Below, piece after piece: positions 38,501-50,500 of a DNA stretch of 64,000 nucleotides. The position numbers and the translations under genes are program-made. The notes under the pieces are model-generated. The model saw only the letters and a program-made list of their open reading frames with translations, had not been told where the DNA came from and ran no database searches. Every line of letters starts with the position of its first letter. Positions within the stretch are counted from its first letter, which is position 1. Origin of the DNA: Chrysemys picta bellii (lineage: Eukaryota); the NCBI RefSeq assembly GCF_011386835.1, contig NC_088800.1, positions 20,708,001 to 20,772,000 on the forward strand, read 5' to 3'.

Positions 38501-41500
38501 GTAACTTAACTTTTTAACGTAATTCTGAAAGGTACACAAAATCCTTGTATATTGTATGTATATGGAATTTAATTTTGTACTCAAATTTTGTACTGAGTGT
38601 GCTGATCACATTCTTTTAACTGTCCTTATATCGATCTGTGTGGCATTTTTCTATAGTCCAATTCTGGTTTGGCTCAAAGAGAATAAAATGGAGTTTAGAA
38701 TATTGTCTTTTGCTTTTTAATTGTAATATCCACTGAAGTATGTTTGTTCAAAAGACACTAGGTGAAATTTAAATTTTGGCTATCAGTAAAAAGCATGTGT
38801 TTATAAATTCTGGAGTTGAAATTTAACGAACAGTTATTTAACAATAATATGGAATCTTAAAATTTACGTTTACTGACTCACTCCTTTTTTTTTTTTCCTC
38901 CCCCCCCCCTTACATGTGTTCACAAATCTTCATCATGGATGTAGGGTTGTGGGTAAGTTTTTGTTTGTGTGTGTGCGGAAAGACACTACCGTACAAAGAT
39001 TCTGCTAACTTTTTAAAATTAACTTTACTTTAATACTCTAAATATTTTGTTCCTTCTTAAGTGTGGTTGAATTCAAAGATGAAGAATTCGTAAAGAAAGC
39101 ATTAGAAACTATGAACAAATATGACCTTAGTGGAAGACCCCTGAACATTAAAGAGGTATGAATGTTACTTTGTTTTAGCTTGAATTGATTAAATCTTTTC
39201 TAGGAACACTTGAAGTGGCTTTACACTAACATTAGGTGGTCTATTAGCTATACATATCTTCTGCTTTCTATAGTGGAGAGGCCTCTTATGTTTCCTTAGA
39301 CAGCCAGGCGCCTGTTGGTCCCCTAGCATTGTGCCTTCTGTGAGCTAATGTGACAAAATCATGATGTATCCTAAAGACTGTAGTATGCCAAAATAAACAA
39401 ATGCCATTTATTTATTTTTTTATTTTTTTAAATGGTCGATACCTCCTAACTTCCTACCACTTCCCTCTTTCATCCCAGGCTATTACTTTCAGTTTTTATA
39501 CTTTTATCAAAATATGACTCTTAACTCTAGTCTGCCAGTCAGATTGTTCCGACTATTTTGTAGTGGGATGGGGGTGGAAATAGGGTGATTGTGCAAATTG
39601 AGATCTCAAATAAGTGTTAAAATTCTCAATGTAATATATAGTGTTGGGTCCTATAATAGTTCTTTGGAATGTTCTGCTACATTTTTAATCATGGAATTAA
39701 CAAATAAAATAAAGTTCATTGAATTAACTCAGTGCTTGGAAGAAGGTACTAGACTGACAGCCCATTAGATTGAAATCTTTTCTACTTGTCCATAGGCTAG
39801 GTACAGCATGTGAAGTGGCAGTGCACGCTTCCTCCACAAGTGCTTTGCCAATATGCCTCAACCCTCATCTGAAAGGACCCACCTCTAGAGGTGAGGGAAT
39901 TAGGTCTCCATGCTAATTAAGTGCTTGATCCCTCTGCTGATGCTGACAAGGATATTAGTTGATTTTGATGGATTTTTGTGGAATTTTAAAATAGTTCTCT
40001 TTTTTGTTCAACTGTCAATCCTGCTGTTGATGAATATGTTAGCTTTACTTTTAAATGTGTTCTAGGATCCTGATGGTGAACATGCTCGCAGGGCATTGCA
40101 GCGTGTGGGAGGACCATTCCCAGGAGGACATGGACCTGATATGGCACCTGGATTGATGAATTTACCCCCTTCAATTCTCAATAATCCAAACATTCCTCCT
40201 GAGATTATTAGTAATTTGCAGGCTGGCAGGCTTGGGTCCACTATTTTTGTTGCTAATGTAAGTTTAAACACATATTTAAAAATGTTAATGTCTAGTCTAT
40301 CTTAAAAAATCTTTATGTTCAGTAGTACCAATCTCTGTGAATGATACAAGAGAATCCACTCTGTCTCTTCACTTTAAAAAGAAATGCATATGAATTTTAA
40401 GGTCTGGTATTTCTTTCCTGAAACTGAAGAGAGAGTGCATGCATGAGTCCAGATTTGGGTGTAAAAACGAAATACGTTAAATGGATTTTAAGGAGCAGCA
40501 GACTACTACTAGTAGGTCTCTTTGAAGGTCTTCACTCTGCTGTAGTCCTTCCTTGCAATTTTTTAAAATAGTATTTACAGATAGGTTTATTTCCAGTAAA
40601 TAACTTTGGCTTTTCTTTACAACTGAGTGTATCTGTTGTCATGTGTATCCACCTTGTGCAGAGAATCTTGCCAGTTATTCTGCATTAACACAAACTCTAT
40701 TTTACATTATTATTTCAATGCGATCGTTTATTTTGATTTTTTACTAGCTCAGAATTTGCACAAATTTAAGAAATACTAGAACTAGTTTCTCTTTAAATGC
40801 AAACTGGTACTTAAGAGAATGCAGGTACTGCAAAAAAAATTCCCTTCCTAATCAGCATGTTAAAAGTTGAGGAGGAGGGGAGCATACAGAAGTGACATAA
40901 ATTCATCACTTTTAAAGAGATTTAACTTGTTAGACTCACTGTGGTGGACATGTGCTATAAAAATGTATTGTTTTTAGGAGTTTAAAAAGTTACTATGCTG
41001 TAAAATGTCTTCTAAATTATTTAATGAGAAGAGATAAATGTATTGGAATTGTGTAATTTTGTATATTCAGCTTGACTTTAAAGTTGGCTGGAAAAAACTA
41101 AAGGAGGTGTTCAGCATTGCTGGAACTGTAAAACGTGCAGATATCAAAGAAGACAAGGATGGCAAGAGTCGAGGAATGGGAACAGTCACTTTTGAACAAG
41201 CAATTGAAGCAGTTCAGGCAATATGTATCCTTTATTTTTTTTGAGAATTAGTTATCTGGTTAAAGGAGCAATTTGTTAAATGTGGATTCAGTTTGTGTTG
41301 AATGGTATATGAGTGTATGTGATTGATTTAAAGCTACACTATATCCATTTGCATTGTAGCTGGTTTGTGTGCATGCTAAACTTCAGTTTCTGTGTACATG
41401 AAGACCTTGAATGCACTTCACAAAACAGCTTAGGTGCCTAAACTCCAGTATTAGGCACGTAAGTCCCCATGCATGGCGCCACTGAAGTCCACGCAACTCC

Positions 41501-44500
41501 TTCTAGGTTTTAGACCTTGGGGCATGTCCAATTCTACTCTAGGCATCCAGGTGCCTAAGTCCCAGCGCAATTCATGAACCAGGGGAAGATAAGAATTCGT
41601 TGGCTTGTGTGGCTTGGGGCAGCCTCTGGGCACACGCACCAGATCAGGTCCCATTCAAAATCCAGGTGGTGTTGCTGGTGCCTACCTTATAACTGTTAGC
41701 TCAGTGGTTAGAGCACTCTGCTGGGATGTGGGAAAACCAGGTACAATTCTCATCTCTCCCACCACCTCTTTGGGAGAGAGGGTTTGAACAGAAAATGCTC
41801 TAACCCCTGAGCTATGGGATATTCTGATGTGGGGCTTCCTCAGCTTCTCTTGTTGAAGCCATTCTATAGTGGATGAATGATGAAAGAATGGAGCAGGGAG
41901 ACTGTACCAGGTTTTGCAAACTTCCGAGGTGGGTGCTCTAACCACTGGAATTCAGAAACCTTCTCTTTCTCTTGCCCAGTGACTGTTCAAATGCAGATAA
42001 ACACTTAAATAATCACGGGGCTGGAGAGAGAGGGTGACTCTGCAGTCCAGTAGTTAAGGTTGAAAAAGGAGCTGATTTGTTCAGTGATTGTCTATAACTG
42101 TCATTCTAACTAGCTGATCTTCTTGATTGGAGAAGGGGGGAGGAAACCACTAAGAAGGGTGAGGGAGGTGGGTAAGCTAAATTATAAAAATGAGTCTTTA
42201 AAACTAGTTAGGCTGCCTTCAGTATTCAGATCAAACTTCTTTGACTTGGTCTTCAGCTATGTTCAATGGACAGTTCCTGTTCGATAGACCCATGCATGTA
42301 AAAATGGTGAGTTGTCTGCCCGTTCCCTTGTACCTTAATTTTAGCTAAGCTAAAATGTAGTGAAATCTCTCCTAATAATACTCATTTCACAACAGGATGA
42401 CAAATCAATTCCTCATGAAGACTTCCGTGTGGTGGAAAACAAGACGACACAGTTACCTCGTGAGTATGGGCTATAATCTTTCTTACTCCTTGAACTTCAT
42501 ATGTTATGACGTTTGGAACTGTATTATGTCTGCACCAGAAGACATGAATGATGTTTGTAGGGTCTCATTGTGGCAACAGAAATCCTGACTCCTGATGGTG
42601 ATACTTACTGTGGTTTTCAAAGGTGGCCTTGGAGGTATTGGGATGGGACTTGGACCAGGAGGACAGCCCATCAGCGCAACCCAATTGAGCATGGGTGGTG
42701 GAATGGGGAATATGGGTCCAGGAGGTGAGGATATTTTTATTTCTTTTCTATATAATGTTAATGGTTCTTGGTCTTGCATCAGGAAAAGTTGTCTGCTCTA
42801 ACAAAGTAAACCTTGAATAGTGTGAATTTGATTAATTGACTTACATAAATTACTCCTAGGGGAATTCTGCACAATACAGTATTTGCGCAAAATTAATGTT
42901 CTGTGCAAAATTTCCTTTTAACCCCTCAGAAATGGGCTGCAGAGGTGCTGATGGCCACTTGGGGCCACTGGACCCAGCAGAGCCCAGCTTGCAAATAGAA
43001 GACACTCCAAGGGGAAGCAGGAGGGAGTTGAAGGGTTCCTGGCAGCTGCAGTTCCTGGCATGCCCTGGAGCAGGGGTGACCAACTTGAGCCTAAGAAGGA
43101 GCCAGAATTTACCAATATACATTGCCAAAGAGCCACAGTAATATGTCAGCAGCCCCCCATCAGCTCCCTCCCCCCCCCGCTCCCAATGCCTCCCATCTAC
43201 TGGCTGCCCTGCCAATTAGCACCTCCCCCTTCCTCCCGTGCACACCTGTTTTGTGGTGTGCACGAAGCTCTGGGGGTGGCGGGCACAGCAGGCTCAGGGG
43301 AGGGGAAGGGGTGGAGTGGGGGTGGGGGTGGAGGGCATGGCAGGCTCAGGGAAGGGGCCAGGAAGGGGTGGAGTGGGGGCAGAGCCAGGGGTTGAGCAGT
43401 GAGCACCCCCTGGCACATTAAAAGTTGTCGCCGGCAGCTCCAGCCCTGGAGCTGCATATTCACTTCTGAAGAGCCACATGTGGCTCTGGAGCCACAGGTT
43501 GGTCACCCCTGCCCTGGAGGAAGGAGGCGGCATGCAGGAAACTCCGTACGAGCCCTGGACCCAGCATCAGGCTGTTTCTCCCTCTGAATCCCTGGGCTCT
43601 GGGAGGATAGGGGGCATGAGTGTCTGAGGTGGAGCTGGGCCCTGGAGGGAGTGTGGGGGTGTCTGGCCCTCAGGCGGGACTCGAGGAGGGGGTCAGAGAA
43701 ACAACAAGTGGTTGTTGTAGGGGCTTCTTTAATTCCTGGGGGAATTTTTTTTTGTCTTTATTATTAGACATAATTGCTGACAGTATTTTGAAATTAATTA
43801 CCCAAATAATTGAAATTGGTGGTGTTTTGATAAAATATGCAGAATTTTAAATTTTTTTGGTGCAGAATTCCCCCAGGAATAATAATAATAGAAATGTTTC
43901 AGAGTAGAAATAGAGATCTTTTTCTGTGTTCTAAACTATATGTATAACTTTTGGTTGAAGGTATGGGAATGGATGGCCCAGGCTTTGGAGGAATGAACAG
44001 AATGGGAGGAGGTATATGTATTTTTTTATTTCTTTTCTGTTAACTTCTTTAAAATATAGTATAGAAAACATTTTTCCTTATTGCATAGGTATCGGTGGAT
44101 TTGGTGGAATGAAAGGAATGACTAACATGGGAGGATTTGGCGGAGTCAGCAGAATGGGAGGTGGGTGAACTTTCTCTCTCTCTCTCCCCCTCTACTTTTA
44201 ATCCATTATTGTTGTTAAAACTCTTGTTTTTCTTTACATAGGGATGGGGAGTGTAGATGACTTCAGAGGAAATATGGGCAGTGGAATGAGTGGGGGCATA
44301 GGAACCGGCATGGGAGGCATGGCAACTGGCATGGGAGGTAAGTTAGCAAACTTAAATGTGAGCTCTTCAGAATTGTGCTTTAAACTACTTTCCCTTTACA
44401 TGAGCAGTCATGAAATATGTAATTTATGAACATCTTATGTTGAAAATATAACAGAAAATCTATTGCAACTTGTGTTTGTTTGTTGGTATATTCTCAGCAG

Positions 44501-47500
44501 AAATGTTCCGTGGTGGAATGGGAGGAAGTATGGACAGAGATTTTGGTCGGAGTGACATGGCAATGAACCGGGGCTTTGGAGATTCGTTTGGAAGAATGGG
44601 TATGGTAATTCTGTCAAACTTGAGTTCCTCCTGAGCAATCACAATGTGTTGCAAGTACTTTATTTCTTTTGACAAGTAAACCGACTAGTAAATCTATCTA
44701 TCTGCTCTTCACCTTCAACCTCAGTCTCCAAAGAGCATTTTGGTAGGTGCTGCAATGAGGATAAAATTTAGATCTTTACATAGATGGAAGTATGGTGGCC
44801 CTGTCCAAAATAAATAAAATATATATATATATAATTTTTTTTAAATGGGGGAATGTTTAAAGAGAATATTTTAAGTTAACAGAGCTAGTAACTTTGAGTA
44901 TTTGAATAATTGAAATTCTAGGACACCTTTCTGGAAACTGCATACCAGCTGTTCAAATATTTGTCTTGCAATTTCTGTGGCCCTGTCTCATTATTGCACA
45001 CTAGACAGGTTATCCTTCCCGTTTATGTAAATTGGATAGGAGGCATCCAACAGTGAAATGTACTGTCTTTGTCTCCTCCCCTTCTTCCTTGCACAGGCCC
45101 AGTCTGCTTCCTTTCCTTTTTTGATGCAAGTCATACTCCTGGGGGAGTTCTGCACCAAAAAATTAAAAATACTGAGCACAATATTTTAAAATTCTGAAAA
45201 TTTTATTTGTCAAAATAACACTACATAATAACAGCAGTTTGTTATTTTGGTAATTTATTTCAAAATACCTGTCAGCAAGTATGTCTGTAACAATACAGAC
45301 ACAAAAATTCCCCCAGGAGTAAAGAGTTAAAGAGACCCCCATGACAACCCAGTTCCTGTTTCTCTGCCCCTTTCTCCCCTCACCCAGAGCCCAGCTGGGG
45401 GGGCCCAGACACCCACAACCCCTTCCCCCCCCTCCCCAAGCCAGCCACTGTGCTCCCCCAGCCAGTATACCCAAACCCCCTTCTCCCCCCTTGCCCAGAT
45501 CCCATGCCCTCTTCTCTCCCCTTCCCCTCCCCCCCACCCCCTCCCCAGCCCAGCCAAGCTCCCATCTCTCCCTCCCCCAGGGCATGCTGGGAACTGTAGC
45601 TGCCGGGAATCCTCTAGCTCCCTCCCCCACCCCCCGGCAGTGTCTTCTATGTGTGAGTTTGGCTCTGCTGGGTCCAGCGACCGCTAGTTGTGGCCCTCAG
45701 CACTGCAGTCCATTTCTGTGGGGGCAAGGAAATTCTGCGTGCACGTTAATTTCTGAAAAATTCTGCATTGCACAGTGGTGCAGAATGACCCCGGGGTAAA
45801 GACAGCTCAGGAGGTTGTGCTGATATTTTCTCCACTTTTAGGTCACAATGTCCTGTGCAAGGATGTTGCACGTTTTTGACTGAGCAGGTTTCATTACTCT
45901 CTTGGCTTCACTTGCTCATTTAGGACAAAAAATATTCTGCAGAAGTAGAGCCTAGGTTGACCAGAAGTGCAAGGATGAGCCTGGATCCTGACTAAATGTA
46001 GCTATTTACTTCCTTCCTTTTGTGGTGGACATGCTAAAGAGATTGACTTTCTTTTCTGTTAACTCCACCCTGCAAAGGTGAAGAATAGCATGAGGTTGAC
46101 TCATAAAACCTTCATGATATGTGGATGCCTCATTGGAAGAGGCAGAAGGGACTAGTTTAGGTTGCCACCATAAAGGCTGCTTGTAAAACAGTTTTTTCCC
46201 TGAAGGAGATTCAGGCATGATTACCAATTTTAATTAGAAAATCCCCATTTAGACAGGTGCTTAAGTCAAATTAGAGAATCATTCTTTACGCAAGTCAGTC
46301 TGGAAGCTCTGCTTCTTCCGGCCTGTGAATGGCTTCTACTCTTCATACATTCTCTGTTTGGGGTGGGGCATCTTCAAGGATTGGGTCCACATCACAGAAG
46401 ACCAGTGGGTCCTCTTGACTATCTTGAATTTCTGAGTTGCCTCCCTGTCTCACAAGATGATTCAGTCTTTTCTTCAGGGGCAGAAAAGAAGATTCTTAGC
46501 AAATCGTTTTATCATCTTTGCACAATCTGGTTAATTTGCCCCTTTCCAGAAGACATCAGATTTTCTGGTATCTGTTTTAGACTGTTTCCCATCTTTTAAG
46601 ATGGCAGGAAGTCTTTGCCCCATCTTGGATTTAAAGTGGCTGAACAGTTCCTTGGAAGTGAAGACATTCAGAATAGAATATATTTAGGGTGATAGTGGCT
46701 GCTATGTATTTGTAGACCAAATTTCTCAGTTGAAAACACAAACTTAGTTCTGACTGCAGATGTTTTACACCGGGGGTAGGCAACCTATGGCACGCGTGCC
46801 AAAGGCGGCACGCGAGATGATTTTTTCAGTGGCACTCACACTGCCCGGGTCCTGGCCACCAGTCCTGGGGACTCTGCGTTTTAATTTAATTTTAAATGAA
46901 GCTGCTTAAACATTTTGAAAACCTTATTTACTTTACATACAACAATAGTTTAGTTACATATTATAGACTTCTAGAAAGAGACCTTCTAAAAACATTAAAA
47001 TGTATTACTGGCACGCGAAACCTTAAATTAGAGTGAATAAATGAAGACTCAGCACACCACTTCTGAAAGGTTGCCGACCCCTGTTTTACACTAATACCAG
47101 ATTATTTTTTTTCCTTGTGTATTGATGATGCATCTTGGTCTTGCAGAGGCTGGTATTAAGTCTGTGCATTTTAATACTGTTGTGAGGAATTGGATGCGGG
47201 AGTTCTGCATGCAATAGACGGGAGCAGGCTTCAGCCAAGTAGAGTGCAAAACAGCAGGGCTCTGCCATATACTTGCATTCTCTGGTGCTGCTGTAACAGA
47301 ACAAGACAGTACATACTTAAAGGTGAAAGTGTCCTGGGCTGATTTGTATCTACAAAGTCTATATCCTGGCTTCCTGTGGTCATTACTGTTTAGGGAATCA
47401 CTGAGCAGGATAGCAGTGTCAGAGAATGGAAGTAATTGGAAGTTACCAGATATCTGCTTCTCTTGATTGTGTTTTGGCATTGCGTTTGTATTTAGTGACA

Positions 47501-50500
47501 ACTTGATAGAATCCCAGAGGACCTATAACTTTTTTCCTTTTGCTAGATAAACTATTACGACTTTACATCATAACTATTGGTTTATGCTGTGCTTAGCTGA
47601 GGAAGACCCTACTGTCCTCCTATCCCAATATCTAGGCTGATGCCTTCTTACTTAAGGAAAATGGGCCACTGGTGCATCGAAGAGGGGCTTCACAGCTTTA
47701 ATGTACCCAAGAGACTGTATTGGTCATTTTAAGGGGCATTGTTTGAAGTAAAAGGCTCTCCCCTCTTCCTTGCCTACAATATCAAGAAAATCTATGACTC
47801 TAGAACAAGATCTATGAGATGACTAGCTTATTTAGAAGTTTGTGTATCAAAATGGCTGTGGCCAGAGTGGAGATGTTCTTGAATCTAGGCCTCTTCGTTA
47901 ATGAGAGGCGCTTGGCAGAAGATTTCTTGCTCCTAACAAATGCTTGGAGATTAGTATTCCCTTCAGAGAATCACTTTGAGGATAAAATCTGATTGCCCAA
48001 TTAGCATGGTAGATTTCTCCAGCAATCTGAGCTCTGCTGATGTTGTTTGACGTTACTGTATCCTGCTGGGATTTAGTACCCTGGTTTCAAACTCTGCAAA
48101 CAGTTCCTTATCATAGAGGACACTTTCAATCAAAGCAATAAGTATGAACTAGTCTTTCCCCTACAGTCACAAAATGTGTTGCATTGTGATGAAACAATGA
48201 AAAGGATGCCCCTGCAGGACCCGAACGCAAGCTTTTTGGGTTTGGGGATCCGGTCTAAGCATCCATCTGACCCAAGGAAATATTGTACTTCAGAGAGAGA
48301 GAGCTTTTGATCCCCACCTGCTGGAGCGCTGAAAAGCCCAGCTTGCATTGAACAAACAGTATTCTAGCCAGAATCAGCACATTATTCTGAGGTCAGGTAA
48401 CACTGGTGTGGCAAAGGGGGAAACAAACTCTTCCTCTGAGAGACCATCGTTCTACTCAGGTTTGCAGAGAACAATCATCTTTCCGTTTGAACTGCTGAGC
48501 CAACCAGTCTGTCATCAGGTTCATTATGCAGAAAATATATCCACCCTGGGGAACAGTTTCAGAAATTGGGTATTCAGAGTGTGTGCAGTCTGGTCAAGTC
48601 AGTCACTGACTTTCTGTGGCAAAAAACACCAGACCAGATAAACAAAAAACCCAGAATGTGAAAGGTTCTCCAGCAGATAAAGTAGCATGGGCAACATGAA
48701 GTTTCAGTGTTCTTCCTTCTAGCCCATACCATGCACACTCTTGTTTCCTTTCATGTGAAGGGTAATAAAATCAAGCAAGTCAGAGCCAAGATTGTGCTGA
48801 TAGTTTTGGAGTGAGCAAGTCATCAGTTTGCGGATATACATTGGATGACATTAGAACCCCACCCATTTGTCTTCTCATATTAAGATCTATTGTCACAGTG
48901 ACACTGCCTTTGTCACAGTCTAGCAGATCTAGGTTTATCAGAGAGAGTTCTTTCTCTTCTCTTCTCCATAAAAATGGCCATACTGGGTCAGACCAATGGT
49001 CCACCTAGCTCAGTTTCCTGTCTTCCAACAGTGGCTGGTGCAGGGTGCTTCAGAGGGAATGAACACAATAGGGCAGTTTGAGTGATCTGTGCCCTATGGT
49101 CCAGTCCCAGCTATAGTCAGTCAGAGGTTTAGGGACACTCAGAGCATGGAGTTGCATCCTTGATCATCTTGGCTAATAGCCATTGATGGACCTATCCTCC
49201 ATGAATGTATCTAATTCTTTTTTAACCCATTTATACCTTTGGCCTTTACAGCACCCCCTGGCAACAAGTTCTACAGATTGACTGTGGGTTGTATGAAGTA
49301 CTTCCTTAAGTTAGTTTTAAACTTGCTACCTCTTAATTTCATTTGGTGTGACCCCAGGTTCATGTATTATGTGAAGGGGTAAATAACACTTCCTTATTCA
49401 CCTTCTCCAAACCATTCATGATTGTATAGACCTCTATCATATTCCCGTTCAGTCATCTCTTTTTCTAAGCTGACTAGTCCCAGACTTTTTAATCTCTCCT
49501 CATATGGAAGCTGTTCCATATCCCTAATCATTTTTGTTGTCCTTCTCTGTGCTTTTTCCAATTTAAAAAAAATATATATATTTTTTTGAGATGGGTGACC
49601 AGAACTGCATGCAGTATTCAAGGTGTGGGCATTCCATGGATTTATATAGTGGCAATATGATATTTTCTGTTTTCTTGTCTGACCCTTTCGTAATGGTTCC
49701 TAACACTATTAGCTTTTTTGAGTGCTGCTTCACATTGAGCAGATGTTTTCAGAGACCTGTCCACAATGACTCCAAGGTTTGTCTTGAGTGGTAACAGCTA
49801 ATTTAGAACCCATCATTTTGTATGTATAGTTGGGATTGTTTTCCAACATGCATTACTTTGCATTTATCAACATTGAATTTCATCTGCCATTTTGTTGCTC
49901 AGTCACCTAGTTTTTGTGAGATCCCTTTGTAGCGCTTCGCAGCTGTGGACTTAACTATCCTGAGTAAGTTTGTATTATCTGCAAATTTTGCCACTTCACT
50001 ATTCTCACTCTTTACCCCTTTTTCCAGATCATTTATGAATATGTTGTACAGAACTGGTCCCAGTATGGATCCTTGTGGGACCCCACTATTTACTTCTGTC
50101 CATTGTGAAAATTGACTATATATTCCTACCCTTTGTTTCCTAGCTTTTGACCAGTTAGTGATCCATGAGAGGACCTTCCCTTTTATCCCATGACTCCTTA
50201 CTTTGCTTAAGAGCCTTTGGTGAAGGACCTTATCAAAGGCTTTCTGAAAGTCCAAGTACACTATTTCCACTGGATCACCCTTGTCCACATGCTTGTTGAC
50301 ATCCTCAAAGAATTCTAATAGACTGGTGAGGTATTATTTCCCTCAACAAAAGCCTCATTGACTCTTCCCCAATATATTGTGCTCATCTGTATCTGATAAT
50401 TCAGTTCTTTACTATTATAGTTTCAACCACTTTGCCTAGTATTGAGATTTACTCCAGAAAGAAGGGCAATTTAGCTGCTTACAACAGAATCTGGACAGGG

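Noticed and set aside
41697-41755. Possible tRNA gene
   Set aside because: The A-box is good, but the B-box/T-arm (ggtacaattc) is degenerate and I cannot see an acceptor stem. It is embedded in a repeat.
42601-42620. ATACTTAC...GTGGTTTTC resembling the U1 snRNA 5' end
   Set aside because: Only short scattered matches. It is the acceptor region of MYEF2 exon 10, with no U1 stem-loops or Sm site.
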